A stretch of DNA of 64,000 nt from Eledone cirrhosa (Eukaryota): contig OZ024741.1 of NCBI GenBank assembly GCA_964016885.1, forward strand, positions 374,232,001 through 374,296,000, in the 5' to 3' direction. Shown here piece after piece: positions 12,725 through 27,702 of the stretch. Below the pieces are notes generated by a model. The model did no database searches. It was not told the origin of the DNA and was given only the letters and a program-made list of their open reading frames with translations. Within the stretch, counting starts at the first letter, position 1. Each line of letters opens with the position of its first letter. The position numbers were made by a program, and so were the translations under genes.

Positions 12725-14273
12725 GTTTGAAAGTTCATGCTTTCGTTTGATTTTTCTATTATTTTGATTTAGCAAGAATTTTCCAATAATGCAGATCAAT
12801 ATTTACATGAAACCACATTAGCAAAACATTATTTTTAAAAAATTATTTTCTAGTTCTTTTTTCTGGTTGTTATTGTTGTGTCTTTTGGTTAATATATCTC
12901 AAGGTGAGAACCATTTTGAATATAATATTCTATCAACTTCTGATTCAGAGCTTAATATATTATTTTCAAACACCAAGTTGCTTGCTACATCATTAGTTAA
13001 ATAACAAATTGAAGAAATACTCACTAACTTGTTACTCCTGTTTCTCCTGGTTGTTGCTTACACAAAGTTCAGTTATAATTTAGACTGCATTAAAAATTTG
13101 AATTTATTTTCCACTGTTCATTTAGAATATATAGTTTTACCAATGAGAGCATTTTTAAATCTAACTTAATAACATAATAATTTCTAAACAATTTATTTAT
13201 TTTTCATAGTTCTTTCAGGGAATTGCAATGAAATCTATATTGTAGATATATATTTGTCTTGAAATAGTACATAATTAATTTCTTGTGAGTTTCAAACAAT
13301 TGATATACAAATCAACATTCTCTAAGCTGAAATAGTATTTTTGAAAAGAGGATAGGAATATTCTACAGTATAAAATGATAAATGTATAATATATCTAAAT
13401 ATTTTATAATTACTTGTGTACCATGTGCAATAATAAATTTATAATTTTTTGTTCAATCATAGAGATAGTTTGACTAAATCAATCAACTGCATACAGATTG
13501 GTGCCATTTTCATAAAATAATTTTTATTTAGGTATATAACTGTGTGTGCGTATGTATATATACAGTTATAAAAACAAAGATATGTATGCAAATGTTTGAT
13601 GAAATAATCTAACAGGTATTTTCCATCTAAATTTCAAAAGTATCAAGAAATATATAATGTCCAATTCCTTTTTATGAAATATATTGCATTCACTTTGAAT
13701 TCAGACATTAAATGTTAATTAAAATTGTTAATTGCAGCAGCAGTGTAATAAGAAAACATCAGGTAAATAAATGTCAGTTAATATAGCCAGTCATCCGTTT
13801 TGAAAAAATAGGAAAGCAAATATGCCTGCTACTGTTAAAAACAAATAGAACGAAGATATTTTTTTCTCCTGTAAAACTAAACACTTTGTAATTCTAGCAA
13901 CGATGAATGAAAGTTTACAAACCTAGAATTTCAATACAACTTCCTTATTCCTTTTTTTTTTTTTTTTTAAATTTCCATTTTGGTTTTTTCAATTTTCTTT
14001 CACTCTTCTTGCCAGCTTCTCAATCTGCTTAACATGTTCATCGACAAACACAGAAGTAGAGAGAGGTCGGTTCTAATTATTATATTTTATTCCAAGGTAT
14101 TACCATGGTGATATGTTGCAATTTAATCCTAGAACCAATTATGTGATGCCATCTTATCAAGAACAATAAAATGATGCCTCAAACATTCTTCGGCAACAAA
14201 GCATCAAACTCTACTTGAAGCCCTCTACTAGCACAACAAATGAATAATTATGCAATGTGGACAATATTCTCAT

Positions 14274-14309
<36 letters not shown>

Positions 14310-14389
14310 TCTAATCTATCCAACTGCATAAAGTTACTTTCTCTTTCTGCCTGTTGAGCTTTCTATTGTCTGTGTGTTGATATAATCAG

Positions 14390-14760
14390 CAATAATAATC
14401 AACCTTCTTGCGATTTTGTACCTAGTGGGAATAAAAATACTTCAAACCCAAACAGCTAAGGACTTACTACAAAGTTCAAATGAGAAAACCTTCAACGGAA
14501 TAATGCTGCCATATCTGGGATGGCACTGCTGCTACTACACACAAAATCACTGTAGACTACTTCCAAAAGAAAACTATCCAACTGATTGACAAGGACTCCC
14601 CAGCTCATCCAACCTCTATACCCAACAGATGTGCTATCTGATCATTCTGCCCTTTTCTATTGACACTACATTGGACTCTGCATCTCCACATAGCTATGTG
14701 CACAGTATCTCCACCCATTCTGTTTCTAGCTTCCCATACTTTGCCATTATACCCAATCCT
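14390..14760 (+). mobile_element. CR1-like LINE C-terminal relic
   Basis: Fragments YYKVQ, CCHIWDG, FQKKTIQLID, FY..YIGLC resemble the CR1 ORF2 post-RT region. Confidence 0.55.
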
Positions 14761-16146
14761 TCCTTCTCGGGATCTCAGACCCCTAGATCACTCTCTTCAC
14801 CCATGTTTCCTTCAAGCTGAACATCAACCACATTAATCGGATCAGATTCAAAGGGTCTGCAAAGATAAAGTACCCTGCCATTATACATAATCCTCCTTTC
14901 TCCAGATCTCAGACCCTTGGATCATCGTCTCCAACCATGTTTTCCCAACAGTTATTGACTTCCAATTAGTTACATTAATCTGAAAAGATATAGGACACAG
15001 TCCTTATACTTTCACTAACTCAGTATTTAAAAAAAACGCACACACATTAGACATAATTATTTAACCCATTTGATTCCAGACAGCAGCTAGTTCAGTGATA
15101 CTAAGATTTTTAAACAAAGAATCAATTGTAGCCAAGAAGCTTTGAGTAAATTTTGAATTTTGAAATCATCTTAGTTTAAAATAAACTGCTTCAACATAAG
15201 ATTTTTAACTTGTTCAACTATTTTCTTTGTTTAAAAACTTTCATTGAAGCAGCTTACTTTAAATTAAGCTTTTTATTTCATTTTAAAGTGTTTATATTTA
15301 TCTAAAAACCTTCCATCATGATTTTATGAAAGAACTTTTGTTAATTTTTGGCTCCAAACACTGGATATATATAATTTTTTGAAAATCATTGGCAATGTTT
15401 TCCATTAGAAATTTGTTAAAGAAAGGGTTAAATATGAAAATAATGAGAAGAGTTAAAGAAGACCAGCATTGGTCTGCATCTCTTTCAGTTATTTTGTAGA
15501 GCAAATTCCACAGTGAAACTAAATACTTATAGATTAGTGGTGATCATGTATATTTGAGCAGAATCGGGTGTCAGATGAAAATATTTAATAATTTGGGCAG
15601 TATCACCCTTCAGAGGAGAACATTTCTCCAATAAAGTGCACAGTCAATATTAGATTTCCTTTTTCCTTACAATATACCACTGCATTTCTAATAAAATACA
15701 TTCTATTTTAATTAATTAATGAAGAATTTTGAGGAATTTACTAAAATTATTAATTATTTCATTACTAAGCTTAATGTAAGGTTCTTATATAAAATTATGT
15801 TGGAAGATTTTAATTTAAATTAGAAAATATTTAAATGGATGGTTTTATTTCATAGAACCAGAGCCAGTTTTGGCCTGGTTGGTAACTGAAGGATTAAATA
15901 CAATCCAGATAGATATCTTTCCCATCAGCAGGGAAAAGAATGTTTTTTTTTGTTTGTTTTTTTTACCACGATAAAATCTATAGTATCCACATCAATAATA
16001 TCTACAAAGTATTTTGGGTCTTTTGGCAATAAGAAAACATTGTATGAATAATTTGTTCATCTTATTTTATGGAAACCTCTAAATTTATTACTTTTGTAAA
16101 CTCATTTCAACTGAGTTTTGCTGATAAAATAAAGGTGTTAAGTTAA

Positions 16147-16349
16147 CCCTTTAGCATTTAAACCTGCCATATCCAGCCAGAATTCTCTCACCTCTTTCTG
16201 TTCAAACCAGCTGTAACTGGCTGCTCATACTGATTTTAAGGTATTGTTCTCAAAATAAATATCAAAATCTCACAGCTTCGATATTATGAGGTAAAGCTTT
16301 TATCATGAAAATACAATTGTAAATATAGAGTAATGTAAATGCTAAAGGG
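16147..16349. mobile_element. piggyBac-type MITE, family A
   Basis: TTAA|CCCTTTAGCATTTA ... TAAATGCTAAAGGG|TTAA; other copies 42439-42638, 43046-43245 and ~52208-52430 (reversed). Confidence 0.85.
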
Positions 16350-16454
16350 TTAAACAATAAAAACAGGCCTTATTAGTAGAATAGGCAAACTATGTTATTT
16401 CTGGATCGTAAACCATCAGATCACACTAACTTTTCTTTTTTTCTTATACCCAGT

Positions 16455-17065
16455 TATTTCTGAGTGTCATGGAGGTAGAGTCCCCAGACACTCCCTCCAG
16501 CGGGTCCTGTCAGAAGCAACCATATTAATTGATCCAGCTAGATCCCCAAGCAAGACCAACCAAGCTCATGAATGTTATCCAACCATGTTGCTCAGGGTCT
16601 ACCCATGGGTCCCCTGCCAGTTGTTTTTGCCTGTAAAATCTGTCCAGCGATTCTTTCCTGAGACATTCTAACCACATGTCCATAGTATTGGAGCTGTGAT
16701 CTCTCAATTCGGAGAAATAGTGACTCTCTGATCTCCAAGCTATGCACTCTATTGAGTAACATTACTCCAAGGACACTTCGGAGGAACCCCATTTCGGCCA
16801 CTTGTATTCAAAATCTTTACTGCACCAGCTCCTGCAATTCTTGCACTTAATTCAGCCTCCTGCTTTCCATCACTCGTGAACATGGCTCCAAGATACTTAA
16901 ACTTCTCCACCTGCTTCAGTGGAACTCCATTCAAATGTAGAGTGTACTATGCAGGCTTCCTTGAGAGGAAGAGTGTCTCAGACTTCACAACACTGATTTT
17001 CATTCCTGCCATGCAGCACTCGGCAGCAAACCTATTAAGTATATGTCAGAAATCACCTTCTGACA
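16455..17065 (-). mobile_element. 3' portion of the same LINE family as 57377-58095
   Basis: LKQVEKFKYLG, AEMGFLRSVLG, IERSQLQYYGHVVRMSQER; a further fragment at ~18820-19050 (+). Confidence 0.85.
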
Positions 17066-18057
17066 AGTTAATGTCATATTTTGTCCCTGACCAAATTATT
17101 ATTGTCTTCTATAAAAAAAAAAAGATAGTTTTCATAGATCAGAATATCCACTTAGAGTTTGACAACTGCTTCTAAACTATCTGGGATTTGCCTACATAGA
17201 GATTCATTGAAAATAAAACAGCTATAGATATTTCTAGACAATGAAGAATTGAGGTCATCATTTGAACATACTACACTGCAGTAGGTCAGTGTAAGTATGA
17301 AGAGCAATGACTTGGTTACAGTTATGTACTTATTGATTTGGCTAAAAACTTTACATCCACAAAATTAAAAAGAATTTCATTATACTTTATACAAAAGTTT
17401 ATAGATGTATCTAAGATCTACAACCCCCCACCTAATAGTGTAGCAGGCTTCTCAAACCTAACACTTTAACACAACCAAATGTCAGGAATCTGATATTCCT
17501 TGTTATAGAAGATCTGATAGAGACATTTAATGGGTTTTACAAAACCTTTGCTTGCATATTTTTTTGTAGATTGTGAGATGTAATAACAGAAACTCAGGTT
17601 AAGCTGTTTATCATTTTTAATCTTTGGAGAAATATGTAAATAAGACATGTTTACATTTATAAATTGCATGTTTACAGACATTTCTCACAGCTTTGGTTAA
17701 ATCCTGCACTGATTCTGTCATCATCCTCATTTAACATCCATTTTTCCACACTATCATGGGTTAGATGAGTTGTCCCGTTGCGAGATAAATCAGATCAGAT
17801 GACCATGTCTTGTTCATGCAAAACTGTTTCTGGCTTGGTTTCTACAGCTGGATGCCCTTCCTAGCAGCAACCACATTTACAGTGTGGACTGGGTGCATTT
17901 TACTGTGGCACCAAGATAACCACTTTACAGTGTGGACTGGGTGCTTTTTATCATGACACCAACACGACCACTTTACAGTGTGGACTGGGTGCTTTATATC
18001 ATGACACCAACAAGACCACATTTATAGTATACTTCAGGTGCTTAGTACACAATTTAA

Positions 18058-18267
18058 CCCTTTTGATACCAGTCTGGCCTAGTTTTATGATACAAAACTA
18101 CTCATTTTCCTGTTTGTATTTAATATGAAAACCTTCCAACCTCTTAAGAAATTTAACTAATGTTCTATCAGTTATTTTATTAAATTTATACATTGTTTTT
18201 TACTATTTTCAAAATAAATTAAAATACATAGGTAGTATATGTCATTAAAAATACAGTGACAAAAGGG
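18058..18267. mobile_element. piggyBac-type MITE, family B
   Basis: TTAA|CCCTTTTGATACC ... GTGACAAAAGGG|TTAA; related copies near 11545-11771, 30770-31106, 37564-37775, 38153-38349, 56828-56957. Confidence 0.7.
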
Positions 18268-20119
18268 TTAATATACAGTCAACATTATGTATAGCTGAAT
18301 TTAGGATGTCTATTTTCCATGTTTGCATAGATTAGACAGGTTGTGACCTTCTGAGGCCAGACAAGTCAGATAACCATGTCTAGTTCATACATTCCATTGT
18401 GGGATGGTTTCTATGGCGGATTGCCCTTCTTAATGTTAACCATGTCATGGCATGTTCTGGGTGTGTTTTACAAACACCCGATACATGGCCTAGGTGCTTT
18501 TTAGCATTGCACCCAGCACTAACACTTTAGAGAGTGAGCTGGATGCATTTTATTGTGGCACCAGTAATACTATCAACATTAAAGCACTCGCTGTGTCATC
18601 CTCAGCCAGACAGAGAGTAGTGATAGGGCTGGGGAAAGAGGGAGTGTGTGATTAAAATGTAAACTAAACAATCTGCATAATAAATAGCCTAATACTCATA
18701 ATGGTCGAATGTCATGAAAATCACTTTAATCCTCCTGTGACCATATTTCTAATAAAAGTCTTAAGGCTCAATTAATCTTGAAAATATTCAAGAATCGAGG
18801 AATTTAGATGAAGAAGGTCACAACTCCGATATTACAGGTAGGTATGTCTCAGGAACGAAATGCTGGACATATTTTATGGGCAAAACTAACTGGCAGGAAA
18901 CCCCCGAGCAAAATGGTTGTTTAACATCCATGAGCTTGGCTGGTCTCTCTTGGGAATCCAGCCAGATCAATTGGAGATGGTTTGTTCTGACAGGACCCAC
19001 TGGAAGGAGTATTTGAGGATTCTGTCCCCATGATTCTTCCAGGAATATGTGGACAAAGAAGTTTTGTTTTTTCCACAAAAGGAGTCAATCGTCAGGAAGC
19101 TATGCCTCCATTAGTTTTTCGATAGCTGATATGACAACGCATTCTGTCTGATTAACAATTTCACTGCCCCTGAATTGGTACTTTATCAATCTCAAAAGAA
19201 TAAAAGGCAAAATTAATTTTGGTAGGATTTGTATTCAGAGCTGAGAGAGCCAGAACATATTCTCAAGACATTTAATACAATGCTCTAATGACTGTCAATT
19301 TGCTGCCTTAATCAGTATATTAAGCAAGTGTTTAGAATATAATTTTATAAAAGAACCTTAATGTGATAATGAAATTTTAATAACAATCAGAACAGGTTGG
19401 TATCAAAAGTGTTAAATATCCAGTGACTGTGCAGGATACTCCTTTCCTGTATAACAAAACTATTTCCTTGTCATACTTCACTTTAATCCATTTAATACCC
19501 AATCACCTGAAACTCGCTAGTTTTATGATACAAGACTTTATCCACAAACCTTTCACCAAAATATTATGTCAGAACCTTTGTTGAGTTATGTGCTAGCTTC
19601 ATAATTAAGAAAGTTATATTACTAAATCCCTTCAAATTCTTGATCATTTTAAAAATTACTTAAAATGATAGGCTGTGTCAGCAAAATTTGGAAGGAGGGT
19701 AAAGTTGGTTTAAAAAAAAAAAAAAATAAAAAAATAAAAAAATAAAAATATGAACCCCCAGTACTTGACTGGTATTTTATTTAATCGATCCAAGAAGGAT
19801 GAAAGGTAAAGTTGACCTCAGCAGGATTTGAAATCAGAAAATAAAGAACGAGAACAAAGTGCAAAGCATTTTATCAGACCCCTAGCAATTCTGCCAAACC
19901 ACCACCCTTCTTAAATAAGAATTATGGTAATGAAAATGATTGTGAAGTCCAGTTGTTAAACAATCAGTTTAGTGAAAAGACTAAGTCCAGAAATGATTTT
20001 TCAAAAACATTACACTTGTTGGTAATCTAACAAGTCCTGAAAACTTTTCAAAATGTCTCAAATGGAGTGAAGACGGAATCAAAATCCATGTCAATGTTGA
20101 TGTAAACTGCATTGCTTAA

Positions 20120-20443
20120 CTCTTTACACCCAGGTATGATTTACCACAAAATATCTAAAAACAGGTTCATTAATTTTTATGTTTATAGTAGTTTTACTAC
20201 TGGGTAAATCGGTAACAATTTGTAGTATTAGATAGAGTAAATACTTAATCTTCAGCACGCTGTGGGTGACAAAATGCACCATGAGTAATCTGCCCTTAAT
20301 AGATAATGCAATATGCCAAGGGAAACAAAATTACTAGCATGCTAAAGATTAAATTTCTAATGTGCTGCAGCCAGTGTTTTTTGTTTTTTTTTACTTTTCA
20401 ATGTCTTGCTAATGTGGCTTCACTTGGTAAAGAGTGTTAAGAG
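20120..20443. mobile_element. TTAA-flanked MITE, family C
   Basis: TTAA|CTCTTTACAC ... GTGTTAAGAG|TTAA; related copies 22067-22262, ~44060-44250, ~46654-46850. Confidence 0.65.
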
Positions 20444-23400
20444 TTAAAATTAGACCTGTTTATACATGTATTTCCTTAAATTCTAAACATTTGCTAAATT
20501 AAGGATTGCACATGAGTGCTAAATTCAATAATAAATATTTAGTATTTTTAGCATAAACAAAAATAAATAATCAAAAGGGTTAAATAATCAATGTCAGTTT
20601 TTAAAACATGAAATGAGTTGCGTTCAACATTTCATGCTGAATGCAATTCTTCTTTACTTCAAATCAACCTCTATGAATAAAGAATTGTGGAAGCTCTTTG
20701 ATCTTTACATCCAGTATATATATTCTCATATCTACAGTCTATCTGGTATAGAATAGGTACACCACATCCAGTATGTATGTATGTATGTATGCGTGTGTAT
20801 ATTATACATATATATATATATATATTCATATTTACTGTATTTGGTATAGAGTAGGTACACCATATCCTTGTAAAATTAAACAACCGTAACTCCCGATGAG
20901 GTTGTTAGGGTACCATCTTGACACATGGAATGCCTTAGGCATTTTAATCCTATTGGAACCAATTCCCTTCTAGGTCAGAACAGCTGATTTCTTAGAGTGA
21001 GAGAAGAGAAAAAGAATCGACACCAGTACTGGTACTTAAAAGTATGAACGGCAAAGTTGACCATGCCACGATTTAACCTCAGATCACAGTGAGTGGGAAC
21101 AAATACTGAAGCAGTTTTAATTAGACATCCTAATGACTGCTAATTAAACACTGTTAGTCAGTTATGTTTGGTTCCTCTAACTGATTAACATTTGAAAAAT
21201 ATCAAAAATGAACAAAATATTTAAAATTCTATATTTTTAAATTAAAAAAAAACAAATCACTTTTAGAAATGTACATTTAATAATTTCTCAACTTTTATAC
21301 AATAAGAGCATTTAAACCCACAGTAATTCTCATTTTTTTCCAGTTTATCAAAAATAACTTCATCTCATTCCCTATACAACTGATGTTAAATGTCGACCAA
21401 ATTACGTTGGCAAATAAAAATAGGTTTATATATATATATATATATACATACATACATATATATATACATACACACATATATACACACACACACACATACA
21501 CATATATACACACACACACACATACAAATGTACATTATATATATTATTTGAATACTAAAAATTCAAATTGGCTCTCCAATACATACTAGAATGTTTCTGA
21601 AAACCAAAATTCACTAATAAATTGTTAGTAAGGTAACATAATAATATACAGCACAATGAACAATGTTAAAGTTAGGGCCATATAGTTTATAAAACTTTTA
21701 ATAAGGAACAAATTTGAACTAAAATATACTCATTCAATAATTACCATGAATCTGCTAAAAATATTTTACGAAGAAAACTAAATTTATGAAGCAGTGAAAA
21801 AGATTTTACACCTCGTACCAAAAGTTTAACAGACTACTAAATGTACAAAAGAAAAATAATAATTTTGTTATATTTAAAATTATATATTTTTTCTTCATTA
21901 GATATACTTTTTTTTTTAAATATAACCTTATTGATGAAGCAAAATAAATTTAGCATTCAATTTGTAATCATTTAATGAAGGAAAAGAATATTTTCTCAGA
22001 CAAAATTAGAATTGAGGACAATATTATATTAACTCTTGAGAAACTGTTGAAGATCAATTGTGTTAACTCTTAACATCCTGTAATGATTTAGCAGAAAATA
22101 TTTAAAAACAGGTTTGCTAAATCAAATGGTTATAGTACCTCTACTAGAAGACAGATCATTGTGAAAATTTGTAGTAAAAACTAATTTTTCATGTGATGCT
22201 GCCATAGTGCTGTTCTGTACTTTTCAAGAATGTCTTGCTAAAGCGATACAGGGTGTTAAGAGTTTAAAGAAAATTATTATTATTTTTTTTTTTTAAAGGG
22301 GGGGGGGGGGGGGGGGTTCAGTGATAACCTAATTAGAATCGACTTGTTAATTTAGTGATGTCATGATACAGAATTTTGGAATTCCAATTATAAAAAAATA
22401 CCAGTATCTTTATACTGAAAAAGAAAGAAAAAAAAAGTAAAAAGTAATTTCATTTATATTTGTTTATTATAAATATTGATTTCTAATTTAGTCACAAGGC
22501 CAGCAAATTTGAGGGAAGGGTAAAGTTGATGAAATCAACCCCAGTACTTGATTGGTACTTTATTTTATCGACCCTGGAAGGATAAAAGGTAAAGTTGACC
22601 TCAGCAGGATTTGTATTCAGAATGTAAAGAGCCAGAACAAATACTACAGTGGCATTTTATCTGACACCTTACCAATTCTTCCAATCCACCAACCTTTTAT
22701 ATCATAAATATTAATGTCTAAAAATCTTGAAACCTTAATTACAAGAAGAAAAAAAATGCTAATATATCAAGAGGTTGACAAAAGTTGTTTCAATTAGAAG
22801 TGGCAAGCATCTAAATTATTTTTTCATTAAAAAACATGATATACTGTACGAGTGTGTATGTCAGTAATAACTAAAAAGAAAAAGCAGTCAATAAAATCAA
22901 TAAGCTGCAGAGTAGCTAAAAACAGCAAAATCAATACAATAATTTAAATAAATAAAAATAAAATATTTTTTTTATATAAATATACAGGAAATGTATTGCC
23001 TTGCTGTTTGAAAATGAATATACATTTCAATTGAGAAGGCCAATTTCTCAAAGTATAACAAGCATAAAGTTGATAGTAACCATTTTTAGAAGTTTTTCAC
23101 CAGTAAATATACCTATAAACTATTTATAACTACAAGAACCTTTTCTAAAGAGAAAAAGCTAAGTCAACCTCAGCATGATTAAACTATTACAATCATGATT
23201 AATATAAAATCAGGACATAATAGTGCACTTAGTAAATAGGGTGTGGTTTTTGAGCCTCATTTCTACAAGGCACTATTAATCCCACCTCCACCCAACATTT
23301 AATTTTCTATTTTTCTCATGCCTGTAGTTATATAAACAGTGTTGACAAAGTCTTTAATTTCAACTGTTTAATCTATCAACTGCATTAATGATTTTTATAT

Positions 23401-25081
23401 CTATTGTTATGAGTATATAATGTCTCCATATAATACATATATACTTTTATTCATAAGGTCTCTTGCCAATTCAAATGACTACCCAATGCAATATATATGT
23501 ATATTTTATAAATAACACAAAAAAAAAAAAGTTATATTTTAAATAGAAAACACTTTTGCTACAAATAATATTTGGTGTTAATTTTGTAATCAATGATCTA
23601 AGTTTCACACACTTCTGAATATTACAGCATGTGTAACTGAAGCAGAAACTATTTTACAGCTAATTCTAAAGTGCCAAAGTTTGAAATCAGAGAAATCCAA
23701 CTACTCAGTATATACAATTATTAAATCCAGTTACTACAACAGTGTCATACCAGGTTCGTATGTTGCATTAGCAATGAGGACCAATTTTTTCAACCTGTGC
23801 CAATGAAACAGATTGAACAAGTTGGTTCCTATGGTTAACAAAGCATACATACCTGCTATGGCCTTAATAATTATGTTCAATCTTGCCCCGCAGACTTTAG
23901 TTGCTTTATACCTTCGATTTTTTACCTACTACCACACACACCAGGTTTCTTTAGTATTTATATACAAGTCATTTCTTTTATTATAATAAAAAAAAAAAAA
24001 TAAAAAAAATCTAGTTGAATGAAATTTTTAGAGTGCCCACAAGAGCTAAATTTGGGGCACTAGACTGTGCAATTGAAATGTAATATAAATAAATGCTAAT
24101 AACACTATAATATTTAACTGTTTAACATTAAATACAATTAAATATAAATACAGTTCACATTTTTTTAAAAACAAACTCCCAAACTAACAAATTTTACATA
24201 TTTCAGGCTAACAAAGGAAAATCTACAAAATAGCTGCAACTCCTAAAAATGATTAGCTTCAAGCTTCTAAGATGAACCAAGAGATATTTGCACAGATTAG
24301 AATAAATTTTATTATTTTGAGTTAAGCATGGCAATTGATGAATTTTAAATGATAGCAGAAATAGGGAGAATTTAAACCATTCACATTCAAAGCAAGCCTT
24401 CTGCGGGAACACATTGCCATATGAGACAGAAATAGGGGATACAAATTTCCAATCTTAACCAGTATGATAACTTAACAAATGTACTATGAGCTAAATATTT
24501 TGCAACTTAAATTTTAAGTTGACTAACTGCCATGGCAAAAAAAAAAAAAAAAAAAAAAAAAAAAGAAAAAGCAAGATTTTCCTTTTACTATGTTCATTGG
24601 TACCATTAAAAATACTTATTTATAGAGGAAAAAAATCCACATTACATTTTTACCAAAAATGTCAATGAAATGAAATAGTGGATGGAATTGATTGCTGGTC
24701 TGTTGCAAGAGTGAATATAAAAAGAAATGTACACAGCAACTAAATACCAGAAAATCAGCAGTAGCTAATAGCCAACTTCATAGCCAACGAAACATGCAAA
24801 ACTGCATTGCTAAAGAATACAGAAATTTTAATTTTACAAAAAAAAAAAAAAAATATTAAACATCCAACAAATATATTGCCCTGCCAAAATCTAGTGAAAT
24901 CAGGGACAAAACTGCAAATTTTTAATTAACTAGTAAGAAACTAGCAGCCATTAGAAATGGGTTATAAGAAATTCAGTCTATAAAACACTATGTAAACCAA
25001 AACATATTACACACACACACACACATATATAATAAATGAATATAATATACATATATATTATACACAGACAAATATACATTA

Positions 25082-25129
<48 letters not shown>

Positions 25130-25516
25130 AAGAAAAATGAAGTTTCTTTTACATGTAAGTTTTTTTTATTGTGTATCAACCTGTTACACGCGTTTCGCAG
25201 AGGATTGGCTCAGAGCCACCCACAGAAGTTTGGGACCAGACTCCATTATTGATCGGCTCTACAGACGGGCGATTCAACAAAAGATACATGTGAGTGTGTG
25301 TGTGTGTGTATATATATATATATCATCGTCATCATCTTATGCCTGCCGTCCATACTAGCAAGGGATGGACTTGTGTACTGTTTATATAGCCCATATAATA
25401 TTTGTTATTGGTGAGGGCTTACTAAGAAAGTTTCAAAGCTGCAAGTTTTTCAAAAAAAAAATTTAAAAATTTTGTTGAAACTTCAAAATAAACAGTTACT
25501 AATAACAAATGATTAT

Positions 25517-26006
<490 letters not shown>

Positions 26007-26912
26007 TTTTAAATGACGATTTCATTTTTGAAATATTAAATGTGGTCATTATAAGTAGAAAAAAATTGAGATATTCGAGGAATAGAAGGAATGAGCCACA
26101 ATGACTATCAATACAAAAATAAGGAAAGTTGATTTTCCTCATCACAGGCAATTTCTAAGATATCCAATTCTGAAGAAAGAAATGTTAGAAAATAAACATA
26201 GCAAACCACTTTTTAAAAAAAAAAACATAAAAGCTGTAGTTGTTTCTAGCAGATTAGCAATAGTGTCCAAGTCATAGCTATTGCTAAAGATAGAATTTAC
26301 TTGGAATTTTATTTCAACACTAAATCTTTTTTTTTTTCAGACCTGAAGTATTCAAGGGGTTTACAAATTTTGTTCATGACATTTTATTCAAAAAAATAAG
26401 TTTATTTACATGTCACAATCATTTAGAATAACATTTGAATTTTGGCAACAGGATTAAGTTTACTTGCGCAGAAGAAGAAATGTTGAAACATGATATCAAT
26501 GCTTGTATATTGGTTCTCTGTCAGAATACCCTTTCAAATTATTGGTATTCAAAAATTATGTTTTTGAGGTGATCTTAGATGATTATATAAAGAATGCTGA
26601 TTCTTTAATCCTCTCTCTCTATTAATATGAAACCAATGCATGATACAAAGAATTTCTACTGACTGTCACAAGTAACAGAGAATCTAAAAAAAAAAATCTG
26701 TTAATCTTGCTCACTTGCCACATAATGAAACCAGCTCTTCCAAGAAAACAAACCTAATTTAGAATGTAACTTTATGATTCGAAAACATTATGTTTATGTT
26801 AAGAAATGAAGACCACACAGAGAAATATATAGACTACATAAGAAATATTTTTTTTTTAACCATAAAGAAAAAATATATCTATAACCTTCATGTATTTATG
26901 TATGTGGTTGCA

Positions 26913-26915
26913 TAC

Positions 26916-26949
<34 letters not shown>

Positions 26950-27376
26950 GTGTGTGTGTGTGGTGTGTGTGGTGTGTGTGGGGTGTGTGGTGTGTGTGTG
27001 TGTGTGGTGTGGTGTGTGTGTGTGTGGTGTGTGTGTGTGTGTGGTGTGTGCGTGTGTGGTGTGTGCGTGTGTGGTGTGTGCGTGTGTGGTGTGTGCGTGT
27101 GATGTGTGTGCGTGTGATGTGTGTGCGTGTGTGCGTGTGCGTGTGTGGTGTGTGCGTGTGATGTGTGTGCGTGTGATGTGTGTGCGTGTGATGTGTGTGC
27201 GTGTGATGTGTGTGCGTGTGATGTGTGTGCGTGTGATGTGTGTGTGGTGTGTGCGTGGTGTGTGCGTGTGATGTGTGCGTGTGTATATATATATATACAC
27301 ATACATACATACATAAACACAGATATATCTGTGTGTGTATGTATATATGTATGTATGTATATTTATATACACACAC
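26913..27376. repeat. (TG)-derived microsatellite with a 15-bp higher-order unit (GTGTGATGTGTGTGC / GTGTGTGGTGTGTGC)
   Basis: Direct reading; about 230 bp past the Rab8 stop codon. Confidence 0.95.
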
Positions 27377-27606
27377 CAATTATTAAACATTTTTTTTAGA
27401 ATATAGTAACAAAAAATTTAATAAAGAAATTGTTGCTATTACATTGGCATGGTGCCTGATTGCCATAGTTTTGGTATTTATAAGTGACAGTGGAGTTGAA
27501 GATTGTGTCAGAGTTGCTGCGGCTGGTTGTTTTCTGTATGATAAAAAAAGGCGGCTGTGGCGAAAGGGAATTTGGGTTAAAAAAAGAATATGGGGAATAG
27601 AGGAAA

Positions 27607-27702
27607 TCAAAGCAGTTTACACCTCCAGAATGATTTCTTTGGTGTTTGATCCTTTCGTGTTAATTGGTAACTACCCCCTCGGTTTTGTGGACAAGAAGCC
27701 TC
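27607..27702 (-). CDS. RAB8: Rab8 terminal coding exon 7 (96 nt including stop): EASCPQNRGGSYQLTRKDQTPKKSFWRCKLL*
   Basis: tatttcag acceptor in phase 0; ends SFWRCKLL-TGA, a CaaL box resembling vertebrate Rab8 (FFRCVLL); the seven exons sum to 627 nt. Confidence 0.93.
   Translation of the reverse strand, partial: EASCPQNRGGSYQLTRKDQTPKKSFWRCKLL

Noticed and set aside
12890-12913. In-frame 'WFSP*DIL' upstream of the NK2-like ORF, resembling an eh1/TN motif
   Set aside because: Contains a stop and is separated from the ORF by two more stops; can be chance
13989-14072. Short exon-like frame NRPLSTSVFVDEHVKQIEKLARRVKEN*
   Set aside because: A-rich acceptor and no partner exon; may be chance or a mariner fragment
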